From an uncultured Nitrososphaerota archaeon (lineage in GTDB: Archaea; Thermoproteota; Nitrososphaeria; Nitrososphaerales; Nitrosopumilaceae): a stretch of DNA of 64,000 bases. The position numbers and the translations under genes are program-made. How positions within the stretch are numbered: position 1 is the stretch's first letter; every line of letters begins with the position of its first letter. The DNA is taken from the NCBI GenBank assembly GCA_963824385.1, contig CAWGPD010000004.1, forward strand, positions 320,001-384,000, read 5' to 3'. Below, piece after piece: positions 1 to 12,019 of this stretch. The notes under the pieces were generated by a model. The model made no database searches and was not told where the DNA came from. It worked only from the letters and a program-made list of their open reading frames with translations.

Positions 1-1286
1 CGCCAATACTTCTTTTACCAGGTATACCTCAGGAGAAAAAAATTGTAACAAACTGGCCGCCAGTGATAAATTCACTCATCACAGTTAATGTCCTTGATAC
101 CCAATTACACCACATATCTTCTTCAAATGGAGAGTTTGTAGTAGAACTTTATGATAACAATGGAAATAAAATCTCACAATCTCCAGTTTCAATACGCGGT
201 GAAGCATATTTTTCCAATTTGAAAGTTGGAGATTATCTTTTCAAAGTTGTTGAAGAAAGCGACAATTCAGAGTGGGGGACTTTACAGGTAACGCTGGATG
301 GTTCAAAATTTTCTTTTGACATAGAGAGTCAAAAAGTACCAACTGCTTCTGTGCCTACGCCAATTATTCCCACGCCCATACCAGTAACTCCTCAAACTAC
401 CTCTGGAAATATGACCCAGGCTCCGGCATCTCCAATACCTACGCCAGTCATTCCCACACCCACCCCTTCGAATATCATTACAAATTGTAATTGCGTGGCA
501 TTCAGATTAGACAATATTCAAGATTATTGGTTAAGCAATGTACAAGCCAAAGTTATTAGTGTGTTTGATGAAAAAAATGCCAGTTTGACTGTCGGTGTAA
601 TTGGTAATGCATTTGGAAATGACACCGTATTAACAGACTACATTAAATCAAAAATAAAGACAGGTCTGATTGATGTAGCAATAAACGGTTGGAGTTTTGA
701 GGATTTCACCACATTTAACAAATCCCAGCAATCACAACTATTAGAACAATCAAAAAACAAAATATCTTCAACACTGGATATAGTACCTTCTGTCTTCATA
801 CCTCCATATGGTAAATCTAACAATGATACATTTTATGCCATGATTGATAACGACTTGCATTTTATCAGTGGAAATACAGATACTCAAGTACCACCAGCTC
901 TTGCTAAAAATATCCAATCTTATCCCCCAACCATATTTACAGACACAATACAACAATACAATACAAATCAAAGTATGACAAATGACCAGATAATGTCAGA
1001 AATCCGTAACAGTATACAAGCCAATGGATATGCCGTGGTTCCAATTAACTTTCAAGATTATGCACAAAATAATGGAACAGTCAAGATGAACATGCCAGAC
1101 GATGAAAAAATTCAAAAACTCCAATCTTTGATTGATGATGTAAGAAACGGAGGATATCAGATTGTAACTGTCAATGAAATATCAAATCCTCCTAGTGTTC
1201 CAGAATTTGGATACTTGGTCACAATTACTTTCATGCTATCGGTTATTGCAGTAATTACAATTCGATCCAAGTTCATACCAAGTTAA
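1..1286 (+). CDS. Secreted polysaccharide deacetylase-family protein with PEFG-CTERM sorting signal (5'-truncated by window edge)
   Basis: Frame is open upstream of the GTG at 63 to the window edge. Pro/Thr linker, then NodB-like motifs (VAFRLDN, FIPPYG); C-terminal VPEFG + TM helix + basic residues. Confidence 0.8.
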   Translation, partial: PILLLPGIPQEKKIVTNWPPVINSLITVNVLDTQLHHISSSNGEFVVELYDNNGNKISQSPVSIRGEAYFSNLKVGDYLFKVVEESDNSEWGTLQVTLDGSKFSFDIESQKVPTASVPTPIIPTPIPVTPQTTSGNMTQAPASPIPTPVIPTPTPSNIITNCNCVAFRLDNIQDYWLSNVQAKVISVFDEKNASLTVGVIGNAFGNDTVLTDYIKSKIKTGLIDVAINGWSFEDFTTFNKSQQSQLLEQSKNKISSTLDIVPSVFIPPYGKSNNDTFYAMIDNDLHFISGNTDTQVPPALAKNIQSYPPTIFTDTIQQYNTNQSMTNDQIMSEIRNSIQANGYAVVPINFQDYAQNNGTVKMNMPDDEKIQKLQSLIDDVRNGGYQIVTVNEISNPPSVPEFGYLVTITFMLSVIAVITIRSKFIPS

Positions 1287-1299
1287 TAGTTCAAGACAC

Positions 1300-1632
1300 T
1301 TACGGGTTTTTTGGCCCTACCATTTCATCATCTCTTACACTATTATCCCATTTTCCACGTATTCCTTTGTAAATAACTACGCCTCCAGATCCTAGTAGAC
1401 CAATAGACAATGCAAGATAAAGCAAATAATCTTGGGTCTTTTCAGAGCATTTGACATGTACTGCCACTCCAGTAGAATAATCATAGCATTCATCAAAAGT
1501 TTGCTGTTGGACTGCAAATTGGGCATAAGTAGAGTTTGCAAATGCACCAAGCATGAAACCTGCAAATATTATTGCGGCCCCACATAGGATTAACCGTATG
1601 TCACTCATGACAGCGTAATTGATTCTGCACAA
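1300..1632 (-). CDS. Hypothetical two-TM membrane protein (start probably Met at 1608)
   Basis: Two hydrophobic helices; C-terminus KGIRGKWDNSVRDDEMVGP. Confidence 0.7.
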   Translation of the reverse strand: MCRINYAVMSDIRLILCGAAIIFAGFMLGAFANSTYAQFAVQQQTFDECYDYSTGVAVHVKCSEKTQDYLLYLALSIGLLGSGGVVIYKGIRGKWDNSVRDDEMVGPKNP

Positions 1633-1671
1633 TATTTAACGTTGTCACAAGTATACAATATTGTATAGACC

Positions 1672-2949
1672 ATGGTTTTTGGATTTGGCAAGAAAAAAGC
1701 ACAAGAGCATCCAGCTACAACACATAATGAAAGAATAATAGGCATAGAAGAAATTCCAGGAATTCTTCAGGAAATTCAATCTCCATATATTACTGAATCT
1801 ATCAACATTGCAAAATCAGTTAGAGATGAAGTAGAGGCACATAAAAAAAAGATTCATTCGTTGATTCTTCAGTTAGAGCATGATGACTTGAAACTTGACG
1901 ACATTGACAAAAACTTGATGATAATTGTAAAACGAGGAAAAGATTCCATTGTATCCATAATAAAAAAAGAGACCACATCCAGTCTAACAAATGCTACAAA
2001 ATATGATCAGGTGATATTGCTCAACACTGAGATCAGTCAAACATTAAAGAGAATAGGAGATGTGCTAGGATTGAATTCAAGAATAATTCACATTTTCGCA
2101 AAAAAATATGCCGGCAGTCTCAAGGAGGAGATTGCCAAGATAGCAAGCAAGAGAAATCAATTACAAGTTTCCATAAATCACATAGAGAATCTCAAAATAA
2201 ATGGTGAAAACATTGTTGACCTGAGTAAAAAAATCTCAGAAGAAAAAAGCAAAATCATCCAGAAAACAAACAGAGTGTCAGAGATCATATCAGAGCTTGA
2301 TATCTTAAAAAATAATTTTTCAGTACATGAGAAGCAGATTCATGATTTAAAGGCTCTAAAAGAGTACACAAAATATCTTGAGATTAAAAATAGTATAGAA
2401 TCATTATCTTCTGAAAAAAATCAGATAAAAAATATCATAGACATGCAATTCTCAAAGATTTCAAGGCCGCTTGATAAATACAGCTACATCTCTGCATTTG
2501 AAAAACCAGTCAAGAAGATGATGGATGAATTGGTTTCCAACCCATATGAGGTAATTTCCACTCATAACAAACCCACAATAATACAAATACTAGAAGCGGT
2601 AGCCAAGTCAGTTTCTTCTGCATCCATTTCTGTTAAAGATACTGACAAGTCCCTAGAACAGATAAGGGAGACGATATCAAGATTAGATGAATTCATTACA
2701 TTAAAAGAATCATACTCTAACAAAGTATCAACTCTTGAAAAAGATCTGATTGTTTTTGATATAAAATCATTAGAATCCAAAGAACACAGTTTGCACAAAT
2801 CTAAAACGAATTTTTCAAACATGGAATCCATTAAAAAGAAATTAGAGGCTGAGATAAATGAGGACAGCAGTATGCTTGAAAAACACATATCAGAAATAGA
2901 ATCAGATCTTACCAGAGTTTCAAAATCAAAGATCATTCTAAAAAAATAG
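1672..2949 (+). CDS. Long coiled-coil protein of unknown function
   Basis: 425-aa ORF, K/E/I/S-rich heptad pattern, begins MVFGFGKKK. Confidence 0.75.
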   Translation: MVFGFGKKKAQEHPATTHNERIIGIEEIPGILQEIQSPYITESINIAKSVRDEVEAHKKKIHSLILQLEHDDLKLDDIDKNLMIIVKRGKDSIVSIIKKETTSSLTNATKYDQVILLNTEISQTLKRIGDVLGLNSRIIHIFAKKYAGSLKEEIAKIASKRNQLQVSINHIENLKINGENIVDLSKKISEEKSKIIQKTNRVSEIISELDILKNNFSVHEKQIHDLKALKEYTKYLEIKNSIESLSSEKNQIKNIIDMQFSKISRPLDKYSYISAFEKPVKKMMDELVSNPYEVISTHNKPTIIQILEAVAKSVSSASISVKDTDKSLEQIRETISRLDEFITLKESYSNKVSTLEKDLIVFDIKSLESKEHSLHKSKTNFSNMESIKKKLEAEINEDSSMLEKHISEIESDLTRVSKSKIILKK

Positions 2950-3002
2950 AATTCATTCATACCACATTGAAGATTAATTAGTTTGATAGTATCAGTAATC
3001 AC

Positions 3003-3413
3003 ATGTTATTCAAGACTGAAAAACATCAGAGAACCATAACCATCAAGAATGACGTAAGAGATGGAATTCTTTCATATTGTAAAATGAATCATCCAAATGA
3101 ATGCATATTGATACTTCGTGGAAAGTCAAGGAAGGGAAAGATACTAATCGATGGCCTTGTCATTCCCCCGTTCTTTCACACTGGTCCAACTTTTGCAGGG
3201 TTTCCTCATTCTTTTCTACCATTAGACACAAGCTATGTAGGCACTGTTCATTCTCACCCATCAGGTGTTGCCAGGCCATCAGTCACTGATCTACACAATT
3301 TTTTTGGTTTTGTCTCAATTATCATACAATCACCGTATGAAGACGGTGACATTTTTGCATATGACCGGGATGGAAACCTCCTAGAGGTCACAATAAGTTC
3401 GGATCAATCATGA
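3003..3413 (+). CDS. JAMM/MPN+ (Mov34) metalloprotease
   Basis: HPNE ... GTVHSHPSG..PS..D JAMM motif. Confidence 0.9.
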   Translation: MLFKTEKHQRTITIKNDVRDGILSYCKMNHPNECILILRGKSRKGKILIDGLVIPPFFHTGPTFAGFPHSFLPLDTSYVGTVHSHPSGVARPSVTDLHNFFGFVSIIIQSPYEDGDIFAYDRDGNLLEVTISSDQS

Positions 3414-3449
3414 CAAAAATTTATAAGCTTTTTGATGTAAGAACTAGCG

Positions 3450-3761
3450 TTGATTAATTACAAGACTTATCTGATATTCCTTTTTGGCTCACTAGCAGTA
3501 AGCATAGGTTTACAGATGTTATTACCATTCCCATTTGGTTTGATTGCAGCATTGGCCATTTTCATAGTATTTCCACTCTTCTTAAGAAACAGAGCAATGA
3601 AACGAATGGGCGGAATGGGTTCCGATGCAGGTGCTGGAGGAGGCGGAGGATTCTTTGGTCAAAGCCAGGGTGTAAAATACATCTGCCTTGCATGCAATAA
3701 CAAGTACAAAGGCGGAATGTGTCCAAGATGCGGCTCTAAGATGAAAAGAGCAGACTTTTAA
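3450..3761 (+). CDS. Membrane protein with Gly-rich linker and C-terminal zinc ribbon
   Basis: Two TM helices; CLAC...CPRCGS. Confidence 0.75.
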   Translation: MINYKTYLIFLFGSLAVSIGLQMLLPFPFGLIAALAIFIVFPLFLRNRAMKRMGGMGSDAGAGGGGGFFGQSQGVKYICLACNNKYKGGMCPRCGSKMKRADF

Positions 3762-3771
3762 TCACTCTGAA

Positions 3772-4101
3772 ATGAAACTTGAAGAACTTCGTAGTATGGC
3801 ATTATTTCAAAATACAATAGATACTTGGATAATGCTTTGTGAAGAAAAAAATACAGATTGGTATTCGCCTGAGAACTACATGAAATTCATTGCGCATCTT
3901 TTCAAGAACGGACTGAAGTTACAAAAATTTCCTTTATGCATAAAAGAATCTGGAGGAATGTATCAGAGAGGCAAGGACAAGACACAATTTGCAGAAACAC
4001 TTGCCCAATCAACTGATCCAAATGCTGCAGCTTATACAGTCAGACTCTCAGATGATACAATAAAAATAATTCGTCAATTCAATTCTAGTGTAGTAAACTA
4101 A
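3772..4101 (+). CDS. Hypothetical protein
   Basis: 109-aa ATG ORF, 10 bp after the upstream gene, normal composition. Confidence 0.7.
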   Translation: MKLEELRSMALFQNTIDTWIMLCEEKNTDWYSPENYMKFIAHLFKNGLKLQKFPLCIKESGGMYQRGKDKTQFAETLAQSTDPNAAAYTVRLSDDTIKIIRQFNSSVVN

Positions 4102-4140
4102 AAAATTCTATTCTAAAATCAATTGCGTATTATTTATAAA

Positions 4141-4515
4141 TTAATTTTTTCGCTTCTTTAGAAACTGAGCGATTGCAACTACTGGAACTTCATTTGATTG
4201 ATCGATGACCAATATCTCTTGATTGTATTGGGTTTTGATAGTAGATTTGAATTCAGCCATCTCGCAGTAATATACAGATGCAACATGAGTGGTTCCATTG
4301 AGGATTTCTCTTGTGACATCATCAGATTCTGGAAAATTTGTAAAACTTATCAGGTATCCAGCACACCATCCAATAGACGGCGTGTTTGGAGGTATTGCGC
4401 TTGTTAGGAATTTTTCTACTGAAGTATACTTGGATATATGATGTATGATTATCTTTTTCACAGGTTTGTATTCTACTTCAGGAATCATCTCAGTAACACT
4501 CTCGGTGGTCATCAC
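4141..4515 (-). CDS. Hypothetical protein
   Basis: 124-aa ORF filling the gap between convergent genes; globular composition. Confidence 0.65.
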   Translation of the reverse strand: MMTTESVTEMIPEVEYKPVKKIIIHHISKYTSVEKFLTSAIPPNTPSIGWCAGYLISFTNFPESDDVTREILNGTTHVASVYYCEMAEFKSTIKTQYNQEILVIDQSNEVPVVAIAQFLKKRKN

Positions 4516-4639
4516 CTTAAGATATAATCAATAGTATTTAGGCTATTTTCAAGTATTTGACTAATTACATCAGGGTTAGAAAATGACCAGACTGAAAAAC
4601 CAGTCCCTTGATGAAGAATTTTTTCTAGTTTGGATAAGA

Positions 4640-6002
4640 TTATCGTCGTAATCGAGGATTAATTATGACATCCATTGCATGGCCCATAAATACAAACGCA
4701 AGACCTGTCACTGCAATTAAAATTCCAGGCGGTAGGATCCACCACCACATACCACGTGCTGCTGCACTGTAAGAGCTTGCATCATGCAATATTTGTCCCC
4801 ATGTTGGAAAGGTAGGATCACCCAATCCTAGAAAACTAAGACCGGCCTCAGTAGTAATTGCAGCAGGAACTGATATTGCAATGCTTGCAAATGCATATGG
4901 AAGAAGTTGTGGAAGTATGTGTTTGAATATTATTTTATAATCTTTCTGACCCATCAGTTTTGATGCTTCGACATACTGGAGTGTTTTTATCTGCATTGCC
5001 ATACTTCGTGATACCTTGGCTATTCCCACCCAGCCAAAAATTACAAGGAACCCGACTATCAAAAATATACTATTTCCAATAGTTACTGCTAAAATTATCA
5101 AGAGTGGAAGGGCAGGCATGGCATAAATTACATCATTAAAGCGCATCAACGCTTCATCAGTTGCTTTGCCCTTGAACCCTGCAAACACACCATAAAGTAA
5201 GCCAAGTATTACAGAACCAATTGATACGGTTATGCCTATGAAAAGAGCCAACGGTGTACCCCAAAGTAATCCAATCGATAAATCTCGTCTTCAGCTCATC
5301 GGTTCCCATCATTCCATAAACTTTTCCTCCTAGTACAAGATTGGATTTTTCAAGAACCGGCTTTTCAGATACATCATACAAGTGCACTCTAAAGATATAA
5401 TTACCTTTGAGAATTTTATTTTCGTCAAGTTTTGAGAATACAATTTTTTCAGAAGAAAGAGTATCAAATGGAAACAAGTATCTGCCTTTATCATTTGCAA
5501 TATTTTTCGTAATTACATTTTGTGTTGAAAACAACATACTAGAGTATGTTGTTTCAGTATTGCTAAAAGGTAATGATGTAGAAACTAGATTCAATTCAAT
5601 CCCGTCAGGCCGTGTCACAGATAATTGTAACAAAGGAGAGCCACTGTATTTGGCAGTATATTGGTAGATAAAGTCACTTGGAAATCCATCATATTGATAA
5701 TTTACTACAAATGAATCTGTCAGAACATATACAGATGGTAGTTGTTGTGATGAGCTTTGGGGTTGGAGTATCAAGTGTTCGGGGATCTTTTCAGATTGGA
5801 AATAATTTATCCAAGCAGGTTGGGCAGATTTTGGATACAATAGCCAGCTTGCAGGATCATTCCATGTCTTGAAGCTTTCAACTGGTATAGTTACAAATGC
5901 GATAATTGACATCAAGAAAAGGACTGCGAGAATTACAATTCCGGCCATTCCTATCGCACTATGAGAAAATTCACGCCAGATACCTCTTGCTGAAAAACTC
6001 AT
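4640..6002 (-). CDS. Peptide/nickel ABC transporter permease (DppC/OppC-like); one frameshift near 5290
   Basis: ORFs 5157..6002 and 4640..5251 join as MGTDELRRDL-SIGLLWGTPLALFIG; EAA-like loop YVEASKLMG; TEAGLSFLGLGD; NPRLR end. Confidence 0.9.
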
Positions 6003-7051
6003 TCCCTTCTCACCCTAGGATCAAAGTATCCGTACAAGACATCAGCTACAAACACACTTGCTAGAAAGAAGGCAGTCAAAACATATGTAGCGCCTATGAT
6101 TACTGGCAAATCCAAAACACTGATTGCTTCAAAGTACAGCCTACCCATACCTGGCCAATCAAAGACAGACTTCTGTGATTATCGCCCCACCAAGAGAGCC
6201 TGACAAGCTAAGTGCAAGAATTGTCACAACAGGAGGTGCAGCGTTTTTCAGTGCATGAGAGTATAGTATTCGCTTTTCATCTATTCCGGCTGCTCTTTTT
6301 GCCATGATAAAGTCCTCTTGTAATACTCCAACTAGGAAATTTCTTACCAAGTATGCCCACGAGCCAAATCCGATTAGAACCAGAGTAATCAATGGAAGCG
6401 CCATGTGATACAAAAGAGACCCCAAGTATCCCGGATCTGTTACAGAAATATCAGGGGTTGCTCTTGCAGGAAATATCGGATAAAGAAATGCAAAAACAAA
6501 TATCATAAGAACTCCTACCCACCAGACTGGAAAACTACTAGAGATTATTGCAAACCCGGAGGTTATCTTGTCAATCGTTAGACTACCTTGCTTGCAGCAA
6601 CTGCTCCTAAAAATATTCCTAGAACAGAAACTATTACAGTAGATGTAGTAAAAAGAAGAATTGTCCTTGGCAATTTTTCAAGTATGATATCCTTTACATC
6701 AGATGATCCGCTGTCACTTGTAAGAAATTTTGCATGACCAAAGTCTAGTGTTAAAATTTTGTACATTGACAAACCAATTCTTTGAGGAGTGTACCATGGC
6801 TGATCAAGGCCAAGAGATTTAATTCGTTGTTGAATTTGATTTTCTATGTATGAGTCCATCTGATCAGTTGTTTTAAAACTTGACAGAAGACTTTTGTTGT
6901 TTGTCACTTGTTGTCTTATTTCCAATGTAACACTTTGTTTTGATATAGAATCCATGTTTGCCCCAACCAATGCTATTGTAATAAGAAGTGTTGCCATCAG
7001 CACTCCAAACATTGTAATTGCACGCTTTGCAAGGAATTTTTTAAATCCCAT
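5999..7051 (-). CDS. Peptide/nickel ABC transporter permease (DppB/OppB-like); frameshifts near 6580 and 6165
   Basis: ILEKLPRTILL, QEDFIMAKRAAG, SHALKNAAPP, GGAIITE motifs. The hand-read tail ends YGYFDPRVRRE* (stop 5999-6001) in an ATGA overlap with the next gene. Confidence 0.88.
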
Positions 7052-9517
7052 CTATTTCACTTGCCTTTTCCTTCTCCTAAGAATTACATACAATACCATT
7101 AGAAATACAGCACTTGCAAATATTACAATTCCTGCAAGATATGCATAATTTACTCCTAGAGACTCGTTATTAGAGATAAAATTTTCCTGGGCTAGTTGAT
7201 TTGCCCCTTGTGTTACAAGAAAACTTGTATGATACATATCAGGTTTGTATGCATCATCTGATACTACAAATATCTGAAAGTCATTTGAGCCTAATTCAAA
7301 ATTCTTTGTCTTTTCAGGACCAAGGGTTATTGTCATGTTTCCATCTGCAGATTTTTTCTTCCCATTATCGACTATCTTTCCTTCAGGGTTTGTAAAATAG
7401 TAATATACAGTAGCATTTGGTGTGACTGAAATTGGTATTGTAAGATTTGTACCTAGGATTATGTCAGTTGGTACTTCAACATTTTGTATTGTAGGTATGC
7501 TAATATCTTCAAATTTTTCCCAGTATCCAGATTTGAAAGGATATGTGGGATCATCAAATGCTTTAATCGTGATCTTTCTTGCATCAGGAGAATAACTATC
7601 CAAATAGTATGGTCCATTACTTATTACAGCATGTCCATGTTCAGCAATCCAAGATATCGAAGCATTGTATCTTGAATTAAAATAATTTGAATCGTTAACA
7701 TATGAAAGTGCGGGTGGAATAGAACTCTCTTTTTCAAAGTCTTCAAGGTTTGTTTTTATCACATTGGCATCATTTGGAATAATTAGTGACATCCAGTCTA
7801 CATCTTTGCTCATTGCGTCTGATTCTGAAAATGCAAGCTTGCCATCAGTAACTGCTTTTTCCATAGCGTAACCAATCTCCCATGGCATTGCAGGCCAGAC
7901 TTGGGCAGAGTCTGCAATTTCATTATCATCAAAATGCCAATAGTTTTGATAAACCTCAATAGTATCTGCATCAACAACCCTAACTCCTATGAGCATCTTT
8001 GCAGCCTGATTTGCCTTGGGAGAATATTCTGAATCAAATGTCATGGTTCCATTTGTCTGATCTGTACCCCATTGATATAGAAAATAAATTCCATAAAGAA
8101 CATCGTTCATATCCATTGGAATTTTGTTGTGCCAATTTCCAAATTTTAGGTGAAACGTTACTTTGCTTGTTGCCTTAACTCCAGTTCCCACCTGAACCCA
8201 CTTTTGTTTTAAAGCATCCCAGTATATTGCGTCACTTGGAACATCAAGTTTGTTCAAAGGTCCAGCAGTCTTGACTTGCCAATCAGACCTTACTGGTATG
8301 GTATATCCAGTGTAAGGATTTTTGAAGTCTCCAGGGTCAGATATGGTTCCCCAAATTTGCTGGCTGGAAGAATCTGTAAATCCACCGATTGGATTCCATG
8401 CACCAGAGTAGATATTTTTTACACCTATTGTCAGTGTGTCAGAATCGGATCTTGCATTAATTGGAGTAAACCTACTTGTAATTCCTGCACCAAAATCATT
8501 TATTATTCCATCGACTTTTTTGTTTGCGACAAATTGGTCTATCTTGCATGCAAGAAATATTCTAACAGAATCATGAATTCCCCGATCAACTGCCTGGTTT
8601 ATCAAACTGGAGCGTTGATCTGAAGATGTAAAATTTCCAAAGAATATCGCCTTGGATAGAGAATCAATCTCAGGGTCTTGGAAATTCCAATATGAGGGAT
8701 TGTTAAATCCAGGCATGTTAGAGTACCACGGAGAATACATTTGGGCAGTATTTACGGAATCATATCTTACAAAACCACTCATTGTCCATCCTTCTGTGTA
8801 AATACTCCATTTCATATCAGATGGATTGGAACCATAAACATCAGAGAATGCTTTTGTCAGATCACCATAATCTTTTTTCACCACAAATCCTACATCGTGT
8901 AATTGAGAAGCAAGAATTTCGCCAATAGATCTTCGTATAGGATCATCACTTCGAATAAAGATTGTAACAGATATCGGTTTTGAATTATAGTACCAAGTTC
9001 CTCCAGTCTTTTGTGCACCTGCCTTTTCAAGTGCACTTGATATGATTTGATTTGCAAGCGCGGGATTATGTTTAAAATTAAATGACTGTAATTCTCCCAG
9101 TATTGAGAGATAATCAGGATCATATGGTTTGTATGCAGAAATCATTTGAACGCCATAACCATTTAGAACTTCATCTACGATAAGATCCCTATCTATTAGA
9201 TAATTTAGTGCAAATCTTACTTGTTGGATTGAAAATGGATTGAATTGCTCAGAGACTGCGGGATTTATCAAAAGACTATAACTTGTTCCAGCAGACTGGA
9301 ATACCTTCAAATTTTGCCTTGATTGATCATCAAGTAGATCCAACGGTATTGCAGAATAATAAATATCCAAGTGTCCATTTTCTATTTCTTGTACAGCAGT
9401 GTTATCATCAGAGTACTGGATAAATTCAACTTTGTTAAAATTTGTACCTTTATCACCAAATGCAACTACAGGGCCCAAAATAAAAATCGCTAGAAGAATG
9501 AATAATAAAAATTTCAT
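7052..9517 (-). CDS. Peptide ABC transporter substrate-binding protein (family 5) with C-terminal TM anchor
   Basis: Signal peptide; NPFSIQQVRFALNYLIDRDLI; SNGPYYL; C-terminal TM + RRRKR. Confidence 0.9.
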   Translation of the reverse strand: MKFLLFILLAIFILGPVVAFGDKGTNFNKVEFIQYSDDNTAVQEIENGHLDIYYSAIPLDLLDDQSRQNLKVFQSAGTSYSLLINPAVSEQFNPFSIQQVRFALNYLIDRDLIVDEVLNGYGVQMISAYKPYDPDYLSILGELQSFNFKHNPALANQIISSALEKAGAQKTGGTWYYNSKPISVTIFIRSDDPIRRSIGEILASQLHDVGFVVKKDYGDLTKAFSDVYGSNPSDMKWSIYTEGWTMSGFVRYDSVNTAQMYSPWYSNMPGFNNPSYWNFQDPEIDSLSKAIFFGNFTSSDQRSSLINQAVDRGIHDSVRIFLACKIDQFVANKKVDGIINDFGAGITSRFTPINARSDSDTLTIGVKNIYSGAWNPIGGFTDSSSQQIWGTISDPGDFKNPYTGYTIPVRSDWQVKTAGPLNKLDVPSDAIYWDALKQKWVQVGTGVKATSKVTFHLKFGNWHNKIPMDMNDVLYGIYFLYQWGTDQTNGTMTFDSEYSPKANQAAKMLIGVRVVDADTIEVYQNYWHFDDNEIADSAQVWPAMPWEIGYAMEKAVTDGKLAFSESDAMSKDVDWMSLIIPNDANVIKTNLEDFEKESSIPPALSYVNDSNYFNSRYNASISWIAEHGHAVISNGPYYLDSYSPDARKITIKAFDDPTYPFKSGYWEKFEDISIPTIQNVEVPTDIILGTNLTIPISVTPNATVYYYFTNPEGKIVDNGKKKSADGNMTITLGPEKTKNFELGSNDFQIFVVSDDAYKPDMYHTSFLVTQGANQLAQENFISNNESLGVNYAYLAGIVIFASAVFLMVLYVILRRRKRQVK

Positions 9518-9661
9518 GATATGTTTTTCAATGAACTGTATTTAACCGTGGTCCAACAAGTAAATTATCATAATATAAAAAACTAGTACAAGAATTACGA
9601 TGACGTGGTGTCACACAATAACACAAATAGTATTTTATAAAAGAAAACTAATTGGTTCATA

Positions 9662-10282
9662 ATGAATCTTCAAATGCTAGTAAAAGGAATTCAAGGAATA
9701 ATCCCAGGAGGGCTTTCTGTCAAAGATTTTAGCATGGCAACTCAGACTAGCGAATATGTAGCAAACGAGATACTTGACAATTTTATGCAAAATGGAATAG
9801 GAAGATATGAGGAGGAACAAATCCATTTTGAAGAAAGTGACAGGCTAAAGACGTGTATTCTTGCAATTAACATGGGTGCGGCAATTGAGGAGGTCTCACG
9901 CTTGTTAAAATGGCAGGATTTTGAATCGCTTGCAGCAGAAATTCTTGAAAAGCAAGATTTTGAGACTACAAAAAATGTCATATTAACAAAACCCAGGATG
10001 CAGATAGATGTGATAGGCATCAAGTCAGATGTTGCCATACTTGTTGACTGTAAACATTGGAAAAATATGTCCCACTCGGCACTTCAGACTGCCGTAAAAA
10101 AACAAATTGAGAGAACAAAGCAATATCTGACTAAAGAAGATATCAGGGCTGCAGTTCCTGCAATTGTAACCCTTTACCAACACGACCTACAATTCATTGA
10201 TGGAGTACCAATTATCCCAGTCCATCAGTTAGATTCATTTTGTGATGAGTTTTACGGGAATCTAGAAAAACTTCAAAGTTAG
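9662..10282 (+). CDS. Mrr-like PD-(D/E)XK restriction-endonuclease-fold protein
   Basis: WQDFESLAAEIL ... QIDVIG ... LVDCKHW. Confidence 0.8.
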   Translation: MNLQMLVKGIQGIIPGGLSVKDFSMATQTSEYVANEILDNFMQNGIGRYEEEQIHFEESDRLKTCILAINMGAAIEEVSRLLKWQDFESLAAEILEKQDFETTKNVILTKPRMQIDVIGIKSDVAILVDCKHWKNMSHSALQTAVKKQIERTKQYLTKEDIRAAVPAIVTLYQHDLQFIDGVPIIPVHQLDSFCDEFYGNLEKLQS

Positions 10283-12019
10283 AGCATCGTATAGATAAAA
10301 AATCCAGTAGTTATCAAAAGAAACGCTTGTGTTATTCGCATTGCATTATCAAGGGATTTTGAATAAAGCTCGAAGCTGGTTACCTCCCATAACTTTGACA
10401 CTGGTCTCACTTTCTAGGAGGTCGTAAGATGTAGGAGAAGCAGTCTGTTCTGCTTTTTTGGCAAGATCTAAAAACCATGATACAACATCAGGTGCTTTGG
10501 ATAGACTTCCAAATTCAAAATAACCGTGTTTATTTCTAGGCGTTCTTGCTTTATAGTGCGTATCAGATGTGCATATTTCAAGAAAATTATATCCATTATT
10601 TAAGAAACTATTTGCAATTTCTTCACGCAGTCCATTTAACATATTATTTGCATCGGCCCATGCAAGAAAGAACTTTTCATCACCAATCTTAAAACACATT
10701 ATTGCAACCTTGCCAGGTCCAAGATCATCTGCATCAAAATTTAGATGCTCAGAGTTTGCATATCCAACCTCTAATGGCAACGTCTCTTTTGTGATGAGTG
10801 TATCCAAAGTAGATTTTGCAGCAATTAGAAGATCATCTGCATCAAGTTTTTCAATTTCTTTTCCCATTGCATTATGACTATCAACAATCAGTACTCTTTC
10901 AAATCCTCTGTTTTTACCATATTGCTCAAGATCTGATTTTATGTAAAATGGAATATCTTCCATCCCGTGGGGAGACAATGAAAGAATCAAGACTGCTGTT
11001 TTATCAAATAACAATCCAGTAGTTCTGGCTTTATTTACTTGAATTGTGACTGGCTTTGTGCTTTTTGAACCTTCTTGGATTTTCAGATTTTGTTGGAGGC
11101 TTGTGATATAATGATCAACTTGAGATTTAGAAGGTAAGTTAAGCGAATGGTCAGAAATGCTATGCATTACCATCGCAGAAGAATTGAGATTTTTATATAT
11201 AAGATACGGTATATTGCTTCCACCTATTGGATGAAACGGTCCAGGATGAAGGTCTGGAATTACCAGTCTACAATCTCCGTCTTTTTTCTTGAATAGAATT
11301 TGAAATGTGGAGACCTTTGATGGTTCTGAGCGTTTCTCCATCAACAATTCCATTGGTTTAGGATCATTATTTGTCCATGCTGCAAGATATGCTTGCAAGA
11401 ATGCGTGAGTACTAGATAATTTTCCACTACCTGCAATTCTATCACTTAACAAAGTCCAGAGACTTCCAAGAACACAAAAAACTATACCATATGCAATAGA
11501 CCTGGGATCAGACAGCATTGGAATCCATTGATTAGTAGGTACAAATGCAAGGAACATTGCAAGAGGTTGGATTAATGAAATTGCCCACGCTGTCTTTAGT
11601 TTTGCTCCCAGTACTGATGTAAATATCGCAATTCTAAAACTAGTAAACAAAAACATTCCTTCAATTACATAAATTTGTAATAACTGTGGTTTAGAAAATA
11701 CGTAAAAAGACAATATTCCACATAGAAGAGTTACAAGCCACAAAAGATTTCCAAATGCAGACATGTGTATGGATTTAGAATATTCAGTTTTCAAAATTTT
11801 AGTATCTATTATCTGAGTTATCATAAGTGCGGCAACAGTAACAGGTATGGCATAGACTAGCCTGTCAGATGATTTGAAATAATCAATGCTTGATACTGCC
11901 ACAATAACACATGCGGCAACAATGGCGATTACTAGCGATACATAGTGTGAAGTTGGAGTAAATGTTGTTAACGTATACCGTTTATGAATGCGGGATACAT
12001 CGTTGGAGCTTTCCGTCAT
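10279..12019 (-). CDS. DUF2070-family membrane protein; frameshift near 10372
   Basis: N-terminal multi-TM region; PDLHPGPFHPIGGS, DSHN, TSDTH motifs. The alternative frame supplies a final TM helix LYSKSLDNAMRITQAFLLITTGFFIYTML* ending at 10279. Confidence 0.85.

Noticed and set aside
9662..10282. Mrr-like nuclease as a defence system
   Set aside because: Solitary gene in housekeeping context with no methylase or defence neighbours; no evidence beyond the fold.
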